44,074 bases of DNA from Trichormus sp. ATA11-4-KO1. GTDB lineage: Bacteria > Cyanobacteriota > Cyanobacteriia > Cyanobacteriales > Nostocaceae. The notes under the pieces are model-generated. The model did not search any database, was not told where the DNA came from, and saw only the letters and a list, made by a program, of their open reading frames with translations. Every line of letters begins with the position of its first letter. The first letter of the stretch is position 1. The position numbers and the translations under genes were made by a program. The stretch spans positions 1 to 44,074 of the forward strand of contig JAHHIM010000037.1 of assembly GCA_019358915.1 (NCBI GenBank). Reading direction: 5' to 3'. Below are positions 1-11,379 of the stretch, piece by piece.

Positions 1-126
<126 letters not shown>

Positions 127-306
127 GTTGTGCTTAGAGTTTGAGGTTCCGAACAAATTCTTTTCGGAATCCTGTATAATTTGTGATCAGTCTCTTGAGT
201 CTCACCCAAGAACAAATCTTTTTGACGAGGATTGGTATTCTTTAAGCTTTCAAAGTATTATCTTTTCGCGGTTCAGGTGCCAAGTGTTTCTCTTCGGCAC
301 TTATCT

Positions 307-357
307 AATATAGCGATTCCTTTTTGGTTCGTCAAGGGGTAAAACAAATTTTTTTTG
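307..357 (-). promoter_or_regulatory. rRNA operon sigma70-type promoter with UP-like A/T tract
   Basis: Minus strand shows TTGACG (335-330), a 17-nt spacer and TATATT (312-307), with an A/T-rich tract at 341-357. A GTGCC...GGCAC hairpin (300-277) follows in the leader. Confidence 0.8.
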
Positions 358-583
358 AGCGGTAAAACTATGGTTCATTTGCCATGCCTACAGCCGTTGT
401 TGCAGGATATTGGGTGTTCCACATAATATATAGTTGCTATGGCGATATAGGCAGTGTTGCAAGGATTTAGACTGAATGACACATTTTCCAGTTATATTTA
501 AACGATTTTGCTTAGCTGGAGTTTATTGGGGGTTTGACATCAATTAAGAGGGATGCTTTTTCTAGATTTCACATGAGGCTGAC

Positions 584-1762
584 ATGAAGAAGTATGATTG
601 GATTGTGGTTGGTGCTGGAATTACAGGTGCAGCTCTTGCCTACGAATTGGTGAAAACAGGCTTTTCCGTACTGTTACTAGAGCAATATGGAAAGCTACAG
701 AATGCAACTCGTTATAGTTATGGTGGTCTTGCCTATTGGTCTGGTACTACGCCGTTAACTCGCCAATTGTGTCAAGAAGCGATCGCCCGTTACCAAAATC
801 TGGCTGAAGAATTAGATACTGAGATTGAATTGCGCGAACTAGACTTATTGCTCACTATTGCAGCTGATAGAGACCCAGATGTAACTGCTGCATCGTATGC
901 TCATGTTGCCACACCACCACGTTTACTTACTGTCAAAGAAGCTTGTGAGTTGGAACCCCTGCTGAATCGGGATGCGATCGCCGGTGCATTAACTGTTAAG
1001 CATGGTCATATCAATCCAGAAAAAACAGTGCAAGGCTATATCCAAGGGTTTGTGCGTGCTGGGGGTGAATGGCAAATAGCTCAAGTTTTGGATTTGCAAA
1101 CTACCTCATCTTCTAAAAACGAGAGGAAGTTGACGGGTGTCAAAACAAATATTGCCACTTATCACAGTGCTAACATTGTTATCTGCGCGGGTGGCTTGAG
1201 CCGACAGCTACTCAAATTGGCTGGTATTTCCATCAAGCTGTATTTTACTCATGCAGAGATAATTGAAACCCCACCTGTTGAATTAAGTTTACGCACTTTG
1301 GTAATGCCAGCAAATCTGCAACGGTTTCAGTTAGAAGCAGAATCGACTAAAGTTGATGAGTTATGGGAAGATACAGGTAACGAACCAGTACCGCCGATTT
1401 TAGACGTGGGTGCGATTCAATTTCCAGATGGTAGTTTGCGTTTAGGTCAAATTAGCCGTGTCTTCACAAATCCTCATGCTAAAGTCAACTCTGAGGAAAG
1501 TCAAAAGTGGCTGCGAACAAGTATTCAACAAGTCTTACCGAAACTAGCGAATTTACCCGGAACTTGGCATCATTGCTTGGTGGCTTTTAGTCGCGACGGC
1601 CTACCTTTGATTGGTGCTATCCCAGGATTTGAAGGTGTTTATATTTTTTCTGGTTTTAGCAACCCTCTAATAATTGTACCACCTTTAGCACAACGCTTTG
1701 CTAATTTTGTCGCTGGCAAGAACGATGAAATTATTGCTCAATTATCGCCTGCACGTCAGTAA
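584..1762 (+). CDS. FAD-dependent oxidoreductase, DAO/glycine-oxidase family
   Basis: N-terminal Rossmann motif VVGAGITG, the ATRYSYG segment and C-terminal DGLPLIG...GFS; 392 aa. Confidence 0.85.
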   Translation: MKKYDWIVVGAGITGAALAYELVKTGFSVLLLEQYGKLQNATRYSYGGLAYWSGTTPLTRQLCQEAIARYQNLAEELDTEIELRELDLLLTIAADRDPDVTAASYAHVATPPRLLTVKEACELEPLLNRDAIAGALTVKHGHINPEKTVQGYIQGFVRAGGEWQIAQVLDLQTTSSSKNERKLTGVKTNIATYHSANIVICAGGLSRQLLKLAGISIKLYFTHAEIIETPPVELSLRTLVMPANLQRFQLEAESTKVDELWEDTGNEPVPPILDVGAIQFPDGSLRLGQISRVFTNPHAKVNSEESQKWLRTSIQQVLPKLANLPGTWHHCLVAFSRDGLPLIGAIPGFEGVYIFSGFSNPLIIVPPLAQRFANFVAGKNDEIIAQLSPARQ

Positions 1763-1789
1763 TGATGGGTGGGTGTCACACAAAGACAA

Positions 1790-1829
1790 GGCAGCGCGGT
1801 CTTGGGGGTTTCCCCCGTGAGCGACTGCC
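1790..1829. repeat. Nostocales small palindromic dispersed repeat (REP/SDR-like)
   Basis: GGCAGCGC...GGGGG-TTT-CCCCC...GCGACTGCC hairpin between convergent genes. A related copy lies at 33959-33999. Confidence 0.6.
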
Positions 1830-1871
1830 GCGCAGAGGCGAGGAGAGAACAGGAGGAAGAGTTGAGAATTG

Positions 1872-2576
1872 CTACCTCTCTATGTTTACTTCTTTGATTT
1901 TTAATTCAATATTTTCTGTAGCAATCAAATCTGCTGCTTCTTGTAAAAGTTCTTGTTGTTCTTTTTGAAGTGTTTCTAAACGGTTGGAGATTTCTGCTAG
2001 TCGCTGGTGTTTGTCTTGATAAATGCTTTGATGGTTTATGGGCAAAACTGCCAGTGTGTTACTTGTTTTAGCATCTGTCTCTGGTTGCACAGCAAAACCT
2101 TTTAATTTAGTTAAGAAAACAAAGATAATTTTAATCAGCACCCAGATTAATTTAAGTGGAATTTGGAGTATTGACCAACTAGCTGTTTCAATCAGGCGGA
2201 TAATTACTTTGATAATGCTCCAAATCAGAGCAATAGCAAAAAGCAGAATAACTAAACTGATAATAGGGTGATCAGCTGCCCAGCTAAGGACGTGAAATAA
2301 CCGCAAAAATGCAGGATGTTGGTTCAGCCAATCATTTACAGAGGAAGTAACAGCAGTTTGCCAAGTTTGTTCTATGGAACCTTTAGCTTGTTCTAGGGTA
2401 GTCGTAACTGTATCCAATGCTTGATCGGTCGTTGTATTGGCTGTTTCCTTTAAAGACTGGCCAAACTGCTGTGCTGAGTTAGTTATTGATTTAACGGTTT
2501 GATTAACAACATTTTTCGCTGTTTGCCAACGTTGTAAAACTTCTGCGGACAAGTTTATGTCTATTTGAGAAGCCAT
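1872..2576 (-). CDS. Hypothetical membrane protein (helical N-terminus, hydrophobic segments, C-terminal coiled coil)
   Basis: Likely ATG at 2576 (MASQIDINL). Contains hydrophobic IISLVILLFAIALIWSII and coiled-coil RLAEISNRLETLQKEQQELL. Confidence 0.7.
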   Translation of the reverse strand: MASQIDINLSAEVLQRWQTAKNVVNQTVKSITNSAQQFGQSLKETANTTTDQALDTVTTTLEQAKGSIEQTWQTAVTSSVNDWLNQHPAFLRLFHVLSWAADHPIISLVILLFAIALIWSIIKVIIRLIETASWSILQIPLKLIWVLIKIIFVFLTKLKGFAVQPETDAKTSNTLAVLPINHQSIYQDKHQRLAEISNRLETLQKEQQELLQEAADLIATENIELKIKEVNIER

Positions 2577-2795
2577 AGCACATCTCACAAAGGCTGAAAG
2601 CAAACCCGCAACCCATCTTTCGGATGATTAGTGGGAATCCTTACCGCATCTAAACTTTGATTAGGGTAAGATTCCCAATGATAGCTGCGTAGCAGATGGG
2701 CAGCAACAATCTTCATTTCCATTTTGGCAAAGGCTATGCCAATACAGATGCGCGGGTTGCCACCAAAACCAATTAATTAAACTGTTGACTAACAG

Positions 2796-4487
2796 TTAAT
2801 CATTAAATAAGTCTAAATCTGTGACTGCACCAACACTACTAGAAGATACCAATTTGGCATATTTGGCTAGTACGCCTTTAGTGTAACAGGGTGGACGGGG
2901 TTGCCAATTGGCACGACGACGGGCTAGTTCTTCATCGGAGATGTTCATCTGTAATAAACGAGCTGGGGCATCAATGGTGATACTATCACCTTCCTCGACA
3001 AGAGCGATCGCACCACCAACGGCTGCCTCTGGGGCTACGTGACCAACTACCATGCCATAAGTACCGCCAGAAAAGCGCCCATCGGTAATTAAGCCCACTG
3101 CATCACCTAACCCAGCCCCAATAATTGCTGAAGTGGGAGCCAACATTTCGCGCATTCCTGGGCCACCTTTGGGGCCTTCATAACGAATGACGAGAATATC
3201 ACCTGCTTTAATCTTGCCTGCCAAAATCGCATCTAAACAAGATTCCTCAGATTCAAATACCCGTGCTGGGCCAGTAATCACGGGATTTTTTACACCAGTA
3301 ATTTTAGCTACAGCCCCTTCTGTGGCGAGATTACCTTTGAGGATAGCTAAATGTCCTTGGGAATACATTGGCTTATCCCAAGGTCGGATGACATCTTGGT
3401 CGGTGCGTGGTTCTGTGGGGATGTCTGCTAAGATTTCCGCTACTGTTTGACCAGTAATAGTTAGGCAATCACCATGTAGTAAATCATGTACCAGTAGCAT
3501 TTTCATGACTTGGGGAATACCGCCAGCTTTGTGCAAGTCTGTAGCGACATATCTACCACTGGGTTTTAAATCGCATAAAACAGGGACACGGCCACGGATA
3601 GTTTCAAAGTCGTCTATGGTGAGTTCAACATCAGCAGCGCGAGCGATCGCTAAAAAGTGTAACACTGCATTTGTGGAACCACCCACAGCCATAATGACCG
3701 AAATGGCATTTTCTATAGATTTACGAGTGATAATTTGGCGTGGTAAAATTTGCTTGCGGATGGCTTCTACCAAGACAAACGCCGATTTTTCTGTACTGTC
3801 GGCTTTTTCGGCATCTTCGGCTGCCATTGTGGAAGAATAAGGTAAACTCATACCCAGTGCTTCAAAAGCAGAGGACATAGTATTAGCTGTAAACATACCA
3901 CCGCAGGAACCAGCACCAGGACAAGCTTGACGTTCTACCGCTAAGAGTTCATCACCGTCAATTTTACCAGCGCTGTATTCACCTACTGCTTCAAAGGAAC
4001 TAACGACGGTTAAATCTTTACCATTGTGGTGACCGGGTTTAATTGTGCCACCATAAACAAAAATAGCAGGGATATTCATCCGAGCCATTGCCAGCATTGC
4101 CCCTGGCATATTTTTATCACAGCCACCAATCGCCAGCACGCCATCCATACTTTGCCCAGTACAGGCGGTTTCAATAGCATCAGCAATAACTTCCCTTGAC
4201 ACTAGGGAATATTTCATCCCTTCAGTTCCCATGGAAATACCATCACTAATGGTAATTGTGCCGAACATCTGCGGCATTGCCCCAGCTTCTCTTATGCCAA
4301 TTTCTGCCCTTTGTGCTAGTTGATTAATTCCCATATTGCAGGGAGTAATAGTACTGTAGCCATTAGCAATGCCTACAATGGCCTTATTAAAGTCTTCATC
4401 TTTAAAACCAACTGCACGCAGCATAGCTCGATTAGGCGATCGCTGTACCCCTTGCGTTACAACTTGGCTTCTCAAATTCTCCGACAT
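2796..4487 (-). CDS. ilvD: Dihydroxy-acid dehydratase
   Basis: Motifs [57 protein letters not shown] and [10 protein letters not shown]. Confidence 0.97.
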   Translation of the reverse strand: MSENLRSQVVTQGVQRSPNRAMLRAVGFKDEDFNKAIVGIANGYSTITPCNMGINQLAQRAEIGIREAGAMPQMFGTITISDGISMGTEGMKYSLVSREVIADAIETACTGQSMDGVLAIGGCDKNMPGAMLAMARMNIPAIFVYGGTIKPGHHNGKDLTVVSSFEAVGEYSAGKIDGDELLAVERQACPGAGSCGGMFTANTMSSAFEALGMSLPYSSTMAAEDAEKADSTEKSAFVLVEAIRKQILPRQIITRKSIENAISVIMAVGGSTNAVLHFLAIARAADVELTIDDFETIRGRVPVLCDLKPSGRYVATDLHKAGGIPQVMKMLLVHDLLHGDCLTITGQTVAEILADIPTEPRTDQDVIRPWDKPMYSQGHLAILKGNLATEGAVAKITGVKNPVITGPARVFESEESCLDAILAGKIKAGDILVIRYEGPKGGPGMREMLAPTSAIIGAGLGDAVGLITDGRFSGGTYGMVVGHVAPEAAVGGAIALVEEGDSITIDAPARLLQMNISDEELARRRANWQPRPPCYTKGVLAKYAKLVSSSSVGAVTDLDLFND

Positions 4488-4565
4488 CTTTTTTCCTTCC
4501 GTGCCATCATCGCTTGTATGGCGATTGTATTATCTGATTTTCCCATGTAATTGATAATGTGAGAG

Positions 4566-5189
4566 CTACAGAGCCGAATCAAAAATCTGCTGTGCGGTAA
4601 GTTTCAGTTCTGGGAAACAGGGAGAAACGATTCGGTCATTTCCTCTAAATAGAGTTTTGACGTATTCGCCATCAACTAACTTGCAGACAAAAATAGCGGG
4701 TTGTTTGGGATTTCCGATAAAATCACGACCTCCCAAACCTGCATAATCGACAATCCAATATTCAAGAATGCCTTTTTTTTCGTAGTCAGCATATTTTTTG
4801 TAGTAGTCATCACGCCAGTTGGTACTTACTACCTCTATCACTAAAGGAATTGATTCTGGCTGCTGTACAGTAGAATATTTTTCCCATAGCTCCTCATTTT
4901 TTAAGTTTGTGCGATCAAGAACTAGGACGTCTGGACAGTAAGCAAAGTCGGTTTCTTCATCTGAAAACGCTATTAATCCAGTTTTTGGGATATTGTAAGG
5001 ATGGTTTAATCGGGTAAATTCAACCCCTATCTGAACACTTAAAAAACCTGTTACGTTTTCATGCTTGCCTGAAGGCTGGGCCATCTCGATAATTATCCCA
5101 TGATGAAGTTCATAGCGATTTCCTTCTGGCTTTTGCTCCAAAAATTCTTGAATGGTTAATAGTTTTTGTTGTGGTAGTACTTGAGTCAT
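4566..5189 (-). CDS. Uma2 (DUF820) family PD-(D/E)XK-like protein
   Basis: RYELHHG, PDVLV, LVIEVVSTNWRDDY...K...Y...GILEYWIVD pattern. Confidence 0.9.
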   Translation of the reverse strand: MTQVLPQQKLLTIQEFLEQKPEGNRYELHHGIIIEMAQPSGKHENVTGFLSVQIGVEFTRLNHPYNIPKTGLIAFSDEETDFAYCPDVLVLDRTNLKNEELWEKYSTVQQPESIPLVIEVVSTNWRDDYYKKYADYEKKGILEYWIVDYAGLGGRDFIGNPKQPAIFVCKLVDGEYVKTLFRGNDRIVSPCFPELKLTAQQIFDSAL

Positions 5190-5318
5190 GTTTATTCCTC
5201 ATCATACTGAGAACGCAACTTTTGCCAATATTCCAGAGATACTTCTTAGGCGTTTCAGTTATTACTTTCAAGCAAAAGTATTTGGGTGCGGCTCTGGTGA
5301 AAAATCCAGGTTTAGTAC

Positions 5319-5942
5319 TTACGAATTACTAAAAGCATTTTGAAAAAAATCTAACTCACAAAACATGGCATAACGGTAAGTTGAGTGAATTATGGAACTA
5401 GAAGTAACATATTTTTCTACCAAATCTTCTAATTGTTGTGTCAGGGGTTGAAAATCTGCACTGCTGTAAGTCCGAATCCAATCAGCATATTGATGATGAG
5501 GAATGCCATCACATGCTAACTGTTGTCCCAAAAAAGCATAAAGACGCATACAAGGAGACATCGCTGCAGCTGTGACACCAACATCTCTACTCCAGGCGGT
5601 AGCTAGCAAAAAATCAGTATAGCGACGGGTAGCAGTTCCAGGTTCCACAGAACGCAAATCAACCCCCCATTGGGTAGCATAGCCTTCATGTAGCCGCAGT
5701 TCTGCTAAAACTCCATCAGCTAAAGCATGAAATGTTGTAAAACCTTGCCAATCTGGGGCTTTCGCTGCGGCAATACTATATGCACGAGCAAAGGCTTCTA
5801 AGAAAAAAGCATCTTGTCCGACATAGTAAGCAAATTTCGCTGATTCTAGAGTACCATCACCAATGCCTTGAACAAAAGGATGCTCCAGACAAGCTTGTGC
5901 TAAATCTTGATTTGCTACCCACAGTTCAGTAGATAAAGTCAT
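5319..5942 (-). CDS. tenA: TenA family protein (thiaminase II / aminopyrimidine aminohydrolase)
   Basis: HPFVQGIGDGTL, FAYYVGQDAFFL, PCMRLY (catalytic Cys) and YADWIRTYSS. Confidence 0.88.
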   Translation of the reverse strand: MTLSTELWVANQDLAQACLEHPFVQGIGDGTLESAKFAYYVGQDAFFLEAFARAYSIAAAKAPDWQGFTTFHALADGVLAELRLHEGYATQWGVDLRSVEPGTATRRYTDFLLATAWSRDVGVTAAAMSPCMRLYAFLGQQLACDGIPHHQYADWIRTYSSADFQPLTQQLEDLVEKYVTSSSIIHSTYRYAMFCELDFFQNAFSNS

Positions 5943-6023
5943 GGGGATTGGGGATTAATATTTTTTACTCAACACTCCTTACTACTAACTTCCTACTTCC
6001 CTCAGAGGAAGCGCACTCAGCAC

Positions 6024-6794
6024 TCAGAAAGGTAAAAACTGAAGCAAAACTGAGCCAAGACTACCTACAAAGTCGAAAAAGCTGGGTTTACCAGTACTCA
6101 CTTTATCAGAGTAGGGTGTTTGCAGTTCTGTCATAAAAGCTTGTGCTGTTTCTACTCCCGACTCATTGTTTTGGGATTTAAACATTTTTTCAGCAATCTG
6201 AGCATCTTGAAATGCAGCTTGTCGATCTAACATTTGGTAACGAGCAACACCACGGGCTAAGTAAGCACCTGCATATTCTGGTTGAGAGGCGATCGCTTGA
6301 TTAAAATAATTAATGGCTTGGTGTTGATTGCCTTTTTGGGCTTCGGCCACACCCAAGGCATAAAATTCTTCTGGTGTAGCAATTTGCATGGGTATACCAA
6401 TGGCACCTTGGAAGTTAGCACCATTGAGGTAAGCACCATTAAATTCTGTATTGGCTAAATAGGTGTTTCTCAAATCTGCACCTGCTAGATTTGCCCCACT
6501 GAATTGAGCTTCGCTGAGATTAGCACCAAATAATCCAGCACCGCTTAAGTTGGCACCCCGCAAATCAGCACCGCTTAAATTAGCACGACTGAGGTTAGCA
6601 CCTGCAAGATTAGCACCACTTAAATTCGCTCCAGATAAGTCAGCCATGACTAAACCTGCATTAGTAAGGTCACAGTTTTGACATTGTTTGGTAGCTAATA
6701 ACTTTTGAACGTGTTCAAAATTAGCTGCCTGGGCAGTTGTTGTCAGGCTAATGGTAGTTAAAAATACACCTGTGGCTAAAATTTGGCTTTTCAT
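6024..6794 (-). CDS. Exported pentapeptide-repeat protein with C-terminal TPR
   Basis: Signal-peptide-like N-terminus ending AQA, CQNCDL followed by A(N/D)LSG repeats, and TPR-like AINYFNQAIASQPEYAGAYLARG. Confidence 0.9.
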   Translation of the reverse strand: MKSQILATGVFLTTISLTTTAQAANFEHVQKLLATKQCQNCDLTNAGLVMADLSGANLSGANLAGANLSRANLSGADLRGANLSGAGLFGANLSEAQFSGANLAGADLRNTYLANTEFNGAYLNGANFQGAIGIPMQIATPEEFYALGVAEAQKGNQHQAINYFNQAIASQPEYAGAYLARGVARYQMLDRQAAFQDAQIAEKMFKSQNNESGVETAQAFMTELQTPYSDKVSTGKPSFFDFVGSLGSVLLQFLPF

Positions 6795-6928
6795 CTTGCT
6801 CGTAATATCTCCTACTCAATACACAAGCTGAAGCTATAGATTTATACTTGAGCCTATGATATGAGTAACCTGAGCAGTTTGCCATCTGTAGTTCTTCACA
6901 TTACACCCCAACAGAGGCGATCGCCTAC

Positions 6929-7324
6929 TTACGGTACAACGTTAACAGAACCGAATTGATGGAAGTGATGATCAAATGCAAAAGCTTGAGTTAACCTAAG
7001 TTTTTGAATTACAACCTTACTGGAACAGTCTGTAAAACTCCAGTTTTTATCAGAAAATTGATGAAAAACTTGCCAGGTTTGTTGAATATCTTCCTCCGTC
7101 AGATAGTAAATAGTAGCCACATTACCAGCAAAGAAAGCATTTCCTAAAATCATTGCTCTTTGCCCTTCCCTACGAGTTTTCAAAAGAGTGAGTGTCTCGT
7201 CTACTACATAGTCTGTTATTAATAGTGGTTGGGTGTTCTGACTAAGCCATGTAGAGGCTTTGCTGTGATCTGAGTCGGAAGGAAATACACTGACGAACCA
7301 TGCACCTGTATCTACAAAAATCAT
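6929..7324 (-). CDS. vapC: PIN-domain VapC family toxin
   Basis: IFVDTGAW, VVDETLTLL, SFTDCSS and AFAFDHHF acidic PIN motifs. Start overlaps the upstream stop (ATGA). Confidence 0.9.
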   Translation of the reverse strand: MIFVDTGAWFVSVFPSDSDHSKASTWLSQNTQPLLITDYVVDETLTLLKTRREGQRAMILGNAFFAGNVATIYYLTEEDIQQTWQVFHQFSDKNWSFTDCSSKVVIQKLRLTQAFAFDHHFHQFGSVNVVP

Positions 7325-7563
7325 GATGCGTTTTGCTCAGAGTAGAGAATTTTGTCATGATCTCGACCAGAAAATTTATCATTGTGACTACCTTCTAAAG
7401 GCATAGCTGCTATTTCAGCAAGAATTTCTGCTGGAGTTTTTTCTACAGACTGAGATTCTTTGGTAATAACAATTACTTCTACATGAGTTCCTTCTTCTAG
7501 CATTATGGGTTCTGTAAGTCGAAGCACCCCTTGTTCATAAATTGCTTGAACGGTAATTGTCAT
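7321..7563 (-). CDS. AF2212/DUF104-like antitoxin
   Basis: Likely ATG at 7563: MTITVQAIYEQGVLRLTEPIMLEEGTHVEVIV matches the AF2212-like AbrB-fold pattern. It lies directly upstream of the PIN toxin. Confidence 0.8.
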   Translation of the reverse strand: MTITVQAIYEQGVLRLTEPIMLEEGTHVEVIVITKESQSVEKTPAEILAEIAAMPLEGSHNDKFSGRDHDKILYSEQNAS

Positions 7564-7676
7564 TGCCTGTTTCCTCTGAATCACTCTTCTATGATACAAG
7601 AGCTACTTACTGTGATACCTTTACGGTACCAATGCGATCGCCTACTCTCGGTACAAAGTTAACAGAACCGATAACT

Positions 7677-9296
7677 TTAGGAATTATGGACTAGGATTAC
7701 AGGTATAGAACTAGCTTCTAAAACGGCTTGGGATACAGAACCAATTAGTACATCTTCCCAAGGTTGATGACCACGTTTCCCGATGATAATTGCAGTAGCT
7801 TTATACTCTTGAGCGATACGAATAATCTCTTCTGGAACAGCACCTGATACAGTTAAAAATTCATATCTAATATCAGCTAGCAATTGTTGACTTTGCTGTT
7901 CTAGTTGTTGAATTTCTTCCTGATTAGGCAGATTAACTACATGCAAAACGATCACCTCACCGTTACTGCGTCGTGCTAAATCTGCTACCTTGGTTAAAAC
8001 TGCTGTGGCTAAACCAGAAGTATCAACTGCTGCTACTAATAAGGTACGAGTTGCAATTGTCACTTTTGTCGGGTCAACTTCTCCCCGTTCTAATAACTTA
8101 GGTGCAAAGGTCAAAGTTGCCCAAGCGCCTAAAGGTGCTGTGACTAAAATTGATAAAGCTGCGATCGCTAAAATTGTCTCACCTCCGGCAATGCCTTGAG
8201 CAAGGGGAATCGCCCCAATGGCGGCTTGGACTGTAGCTTTGGGTGAGTTTCCTGGTAATAAAAATAGTTTTTCGCGCCAATTCCAATTACTGCCCACAGT
8301 TGAAAGATACCAACCCAGCATCCGACCAATAAGTAAACCAATTGTCAGAATTAAAATGCCGGGTAAGAAAATTTTCTCCAATACTTGCAGTTGAATAGAT
8401 GCACCTAATAAAACAAACAGAAAAATCTCAGCTACTATCCATAAACTGTCAAACCCGCCGCGCAATCTCCTAGCTAGGGGAGCATCTAATTCTATTAAGA
8501 AAAAACCCATTGACATGGCTGCTAAATAACCAGAAAAGTAAGGTAACCAATGAGCCGCAATGACTAGCAATAAGGCTATACTGGCGGCAATTATAGTATC
8601 TTGAACGGCGTTTTGAGTCCAGTTTTGCTTGACTAGTAAAATAAATAATAATCTAGCTGCTAAATAACCAAATAGCACTCCCAATACAATTTGCATGATG
8701 ATTTGTAGTGGAAGCAGTTGCAGGGGAGTCAACATCAACCCTCCAGGTAAAACAATCTGCTCAACGCCGCCATCGCCTAAGAAACTCAGCAACAAGCTAA
8801 AGACTAGTAATAGCAGCACATCTGATAAAGCACTGCCAGTTAAAATTGCATCAGGGATACCTTTGGTAACGCCTAAACCTAAACTTTTGAGTCTGAGCAT
8901 ACTGGGGACAATCACAGCCGGAGATTCTGCACCAATAACACAGCCTAAAAGTAACCCAGTGAAAAAATCAAAGTTAAAAATTACCATAGCAGCAAAGGCG
9001 ATCGCGATCGCTTCGGTTGTCGCTGGTAAAAATCCTAACCGCAGCGCTACGGTTCCCTGTTGAGATAGCTTTTCTCTATCTAGCCCCAGTCCGGCTTTCA
9101 TCAGAATAATCATCACCGCCAATGTTCTTAAATCATCGGCAGCATTTAGCACATCTGGACTAATCACATTCCAAACTTGGGGGCCAAGAATAATTCCCAC
9201 TACAATCATGCCAATTAAAGGGGGAGCGCCCAAACGACGAGCAAGTTGACCAACAAAAAAGCCCATCATTAAAATCCACAAGATACTGGCTAGCAT
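7677..9296 (-). CDS. CPA1 (NhaP/NHA2-like) cation:proton antiporter with C-terminal universal stress protein domain
   Basis: About 12-13 hydrophobic helices, AESPAVIVP and SALSDVL motifs, and C-terminal LVAAVD...IIIGKRG...LIGSVSQAVL USP signature. Start revised to ATG 9296, 8 nt after AAGGAG; the longer ORF in the track runs through the riboswitch. Confidence 0.88.
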   Translation of the reverse strand: MLASILWILMMGFFVGQLARRLGAPPLIGMIVVGIILGPQVWNVISPDVLNAADDLRTLAVMIILMKAGLGLDREKLSQQGTVALRLGFLPATTEAIAIAFAAMVIFNFDFFTGLLLGCVIGAESPAVIVPSMLRLKSLGLGVTKGIPDAILTGSALSDVLLLLVFSLLLSFLGDGGVEQIVLPGGLMLTPLQLLPLQIIMQIVLGVLFGYLAARLLFILLVKQNWTQNAVQDTIIAASIALLLVIAAHWLPYFSGYLAAMSMGFFLIELDAPLARRLRGGFDSLWIVAEIFLFVLLGASIQLQVLEKIFLPGILILTIGLLIGRMLGWYLSTVGSNWNWREKLFLLPGNSPKATVQAAIGAIPLAQGIAGGETILAIAALSILVTAPLGAWATLTFAPKLLERGEVDPTKVTIATRTLLVAAVDTSGLATAVLTKVADLARRSNGEVIVLHVVNLPNQEEIQQLEQQSQQLLADIRYEFLTVSGAVPEEIIRIAQEYKATAIIIGKRGHQPWEDVLIGSVSQAVLEASSIPVILVHNS

Positions 9297-9361
9297 TCCC
9301 ATGACTCCTTGAGGTGTGATTTGTAGACAGATATTTGCTACAGGAGAGTCAGATAATGCAT

Positions 9362-9406
9362 AAAACAAAGCCCTACTCTCCCGTAGCCAAACAGAAAAGT
9401 AGGAGC
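9362..9406 (-). terminator. Intrinsic terminator forming the riboswitch expression platform
   Basis: CCTACTTTTCTG pairs with CGGGAGAGTAGG, followed by GCTTTGTTTT. The 5' arm overlaps the aptamer 3' strand. Confidence 0.82.
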
Positions 9407-9447
9407 CATCAGCCTGAAAAACGGCGGTTTTGGCGAGCTCCATCGCC
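9399..9447 (-). ncRNA. Fluoride riboswitch (crcB motif) aptamer
   Basis: Minus strand reads GGCGATGGAGCTCGCC-AAAACCGCC-GTTTTTCA-GGCTGATGGCTCCTAC. P1 is GGCGA/TCGCC, the pseudoknot is GGAGC/GCTCC, and the conserved GATG, CTGATG and CCTAC elements are present. Confidence 0.92.
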
Positions 9448-10323
9448 ATTAATAATTAACAATACCATGTATGTACAAATTTAAAGCTGGCGCGATCGCG
9501 TCAACACGTTTGGGCAAACCTGATCTAACAGTACGTTTACAATAAACAATAATTTATGAATAATGGTTTTATAACTTGGCAAACTATTAGCTAATTACAT
9601 ATTGCTATTCATGATACTAATAACAATATTCGCTTCGGTTGCATGAAAAAAATAATTTATCATTCGCTAAATAGATTAGCAATTTATATGTTATGCTGCG
9701 TATAGGAATCAAAAAAGTAAAAGCAGAAAAAGACTTCAAAATAATTGAGATCAGCTCAATAAAGCTTTTTTTTGCTCTGGTAAATCCACTTCAATTCTTA
9801 TCGCTTTTTGTAACGAATAGGTAAAATCAGGCTAGGTAGGATAGTAACTTTTGCCGATGCAGTAGTGACACTTTTAGGCTGAGATTTATCGCTAGTGCCA
9901 TTAATTAGAAATTCTTGGCATCCATAACATAAGTAACATCAGGAAATTTGTAGTAAATATCGAGAGTAGATTGCAATGATTGGTTGGTTATCTAGTTCAG
10001 GAATGTATTCTACATTAACTGGAATTCCTGCTGTAACTACTCTTGAGGTTTGAGCAACCAACTTGCTACAACAACCGATAATGCTTGAGTCAAGTTTTTC
10101 ATAGATGCATCATGGGTGCATCTGGTAACACTGGTAATATCTCTTGAGCGATGTCTTGAAAATTTACTCTGCATCTATGCAACTTCTTGGCTGAGGTGAT
10201 GTGTGGATGAGAACTTGCTGCATACCAGATGACTAACTGTTTTTAGGTTGTCGATTGCAAGTTTCTTAACTGGAAGGAGGTAACAGTGTTCGTAATGCTT
10301 TGACTATACCTAACCAAGCCTGA

Positions 10324-11277
<954 letters not shown>

Positions 11278-11280
11278 TGC

Positions 11281-11306
11281 TTGAGGGTGGGTGCTACCCA
11301 CCCCAA
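11281..11306. terminator. Hairpin after nifH, probable terminator/3' stabiliser between convergent genes
   Basis: GGGTGGGT-GCT-ACCCACCC perfect 8-bp stem a few nt after the stop codon. Confidence 0.65.
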
Positions 11307-11379
11307 ACATCCTTAAAATATATCTTACATCAGTTACCTGATTGCAAGTATTGAGAATAAGACAAGATATCAATTAACC

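Larger units (their letters stand above)
6917..7671. repeat. 38-bp imperfect direct repeats (6917-6954 and 7634-7671) flanking the TA pair
   Basis: gcgatcgcctacttacggtacaacgttaacagaaccga versus gcgatcgcctactctcggtacaaagttaacagaaccga (35/38 identical). Each copy starts with HIP1. Confidence 0.85.

Noticed and set aside
584..1762. Calling the oxidoreductase thiO because tenA, thiS and thiE are in the window
   Set aside because: It is not adjacent to thi genes, and only family-level DAO motifs are visible.
1762..1968. 68-aa plus-strand ORF after the oxidoreductase
   Set aside because: It is made of a palindromic repeat plus antisense overlap with the next gene.
9297..9449. 51-aa N-terminal extension of the antiporter in the ORF track
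   Set aside because: It runs through the fluoride riboswitch and terminator, and a good RBS precedes ATG 9296.
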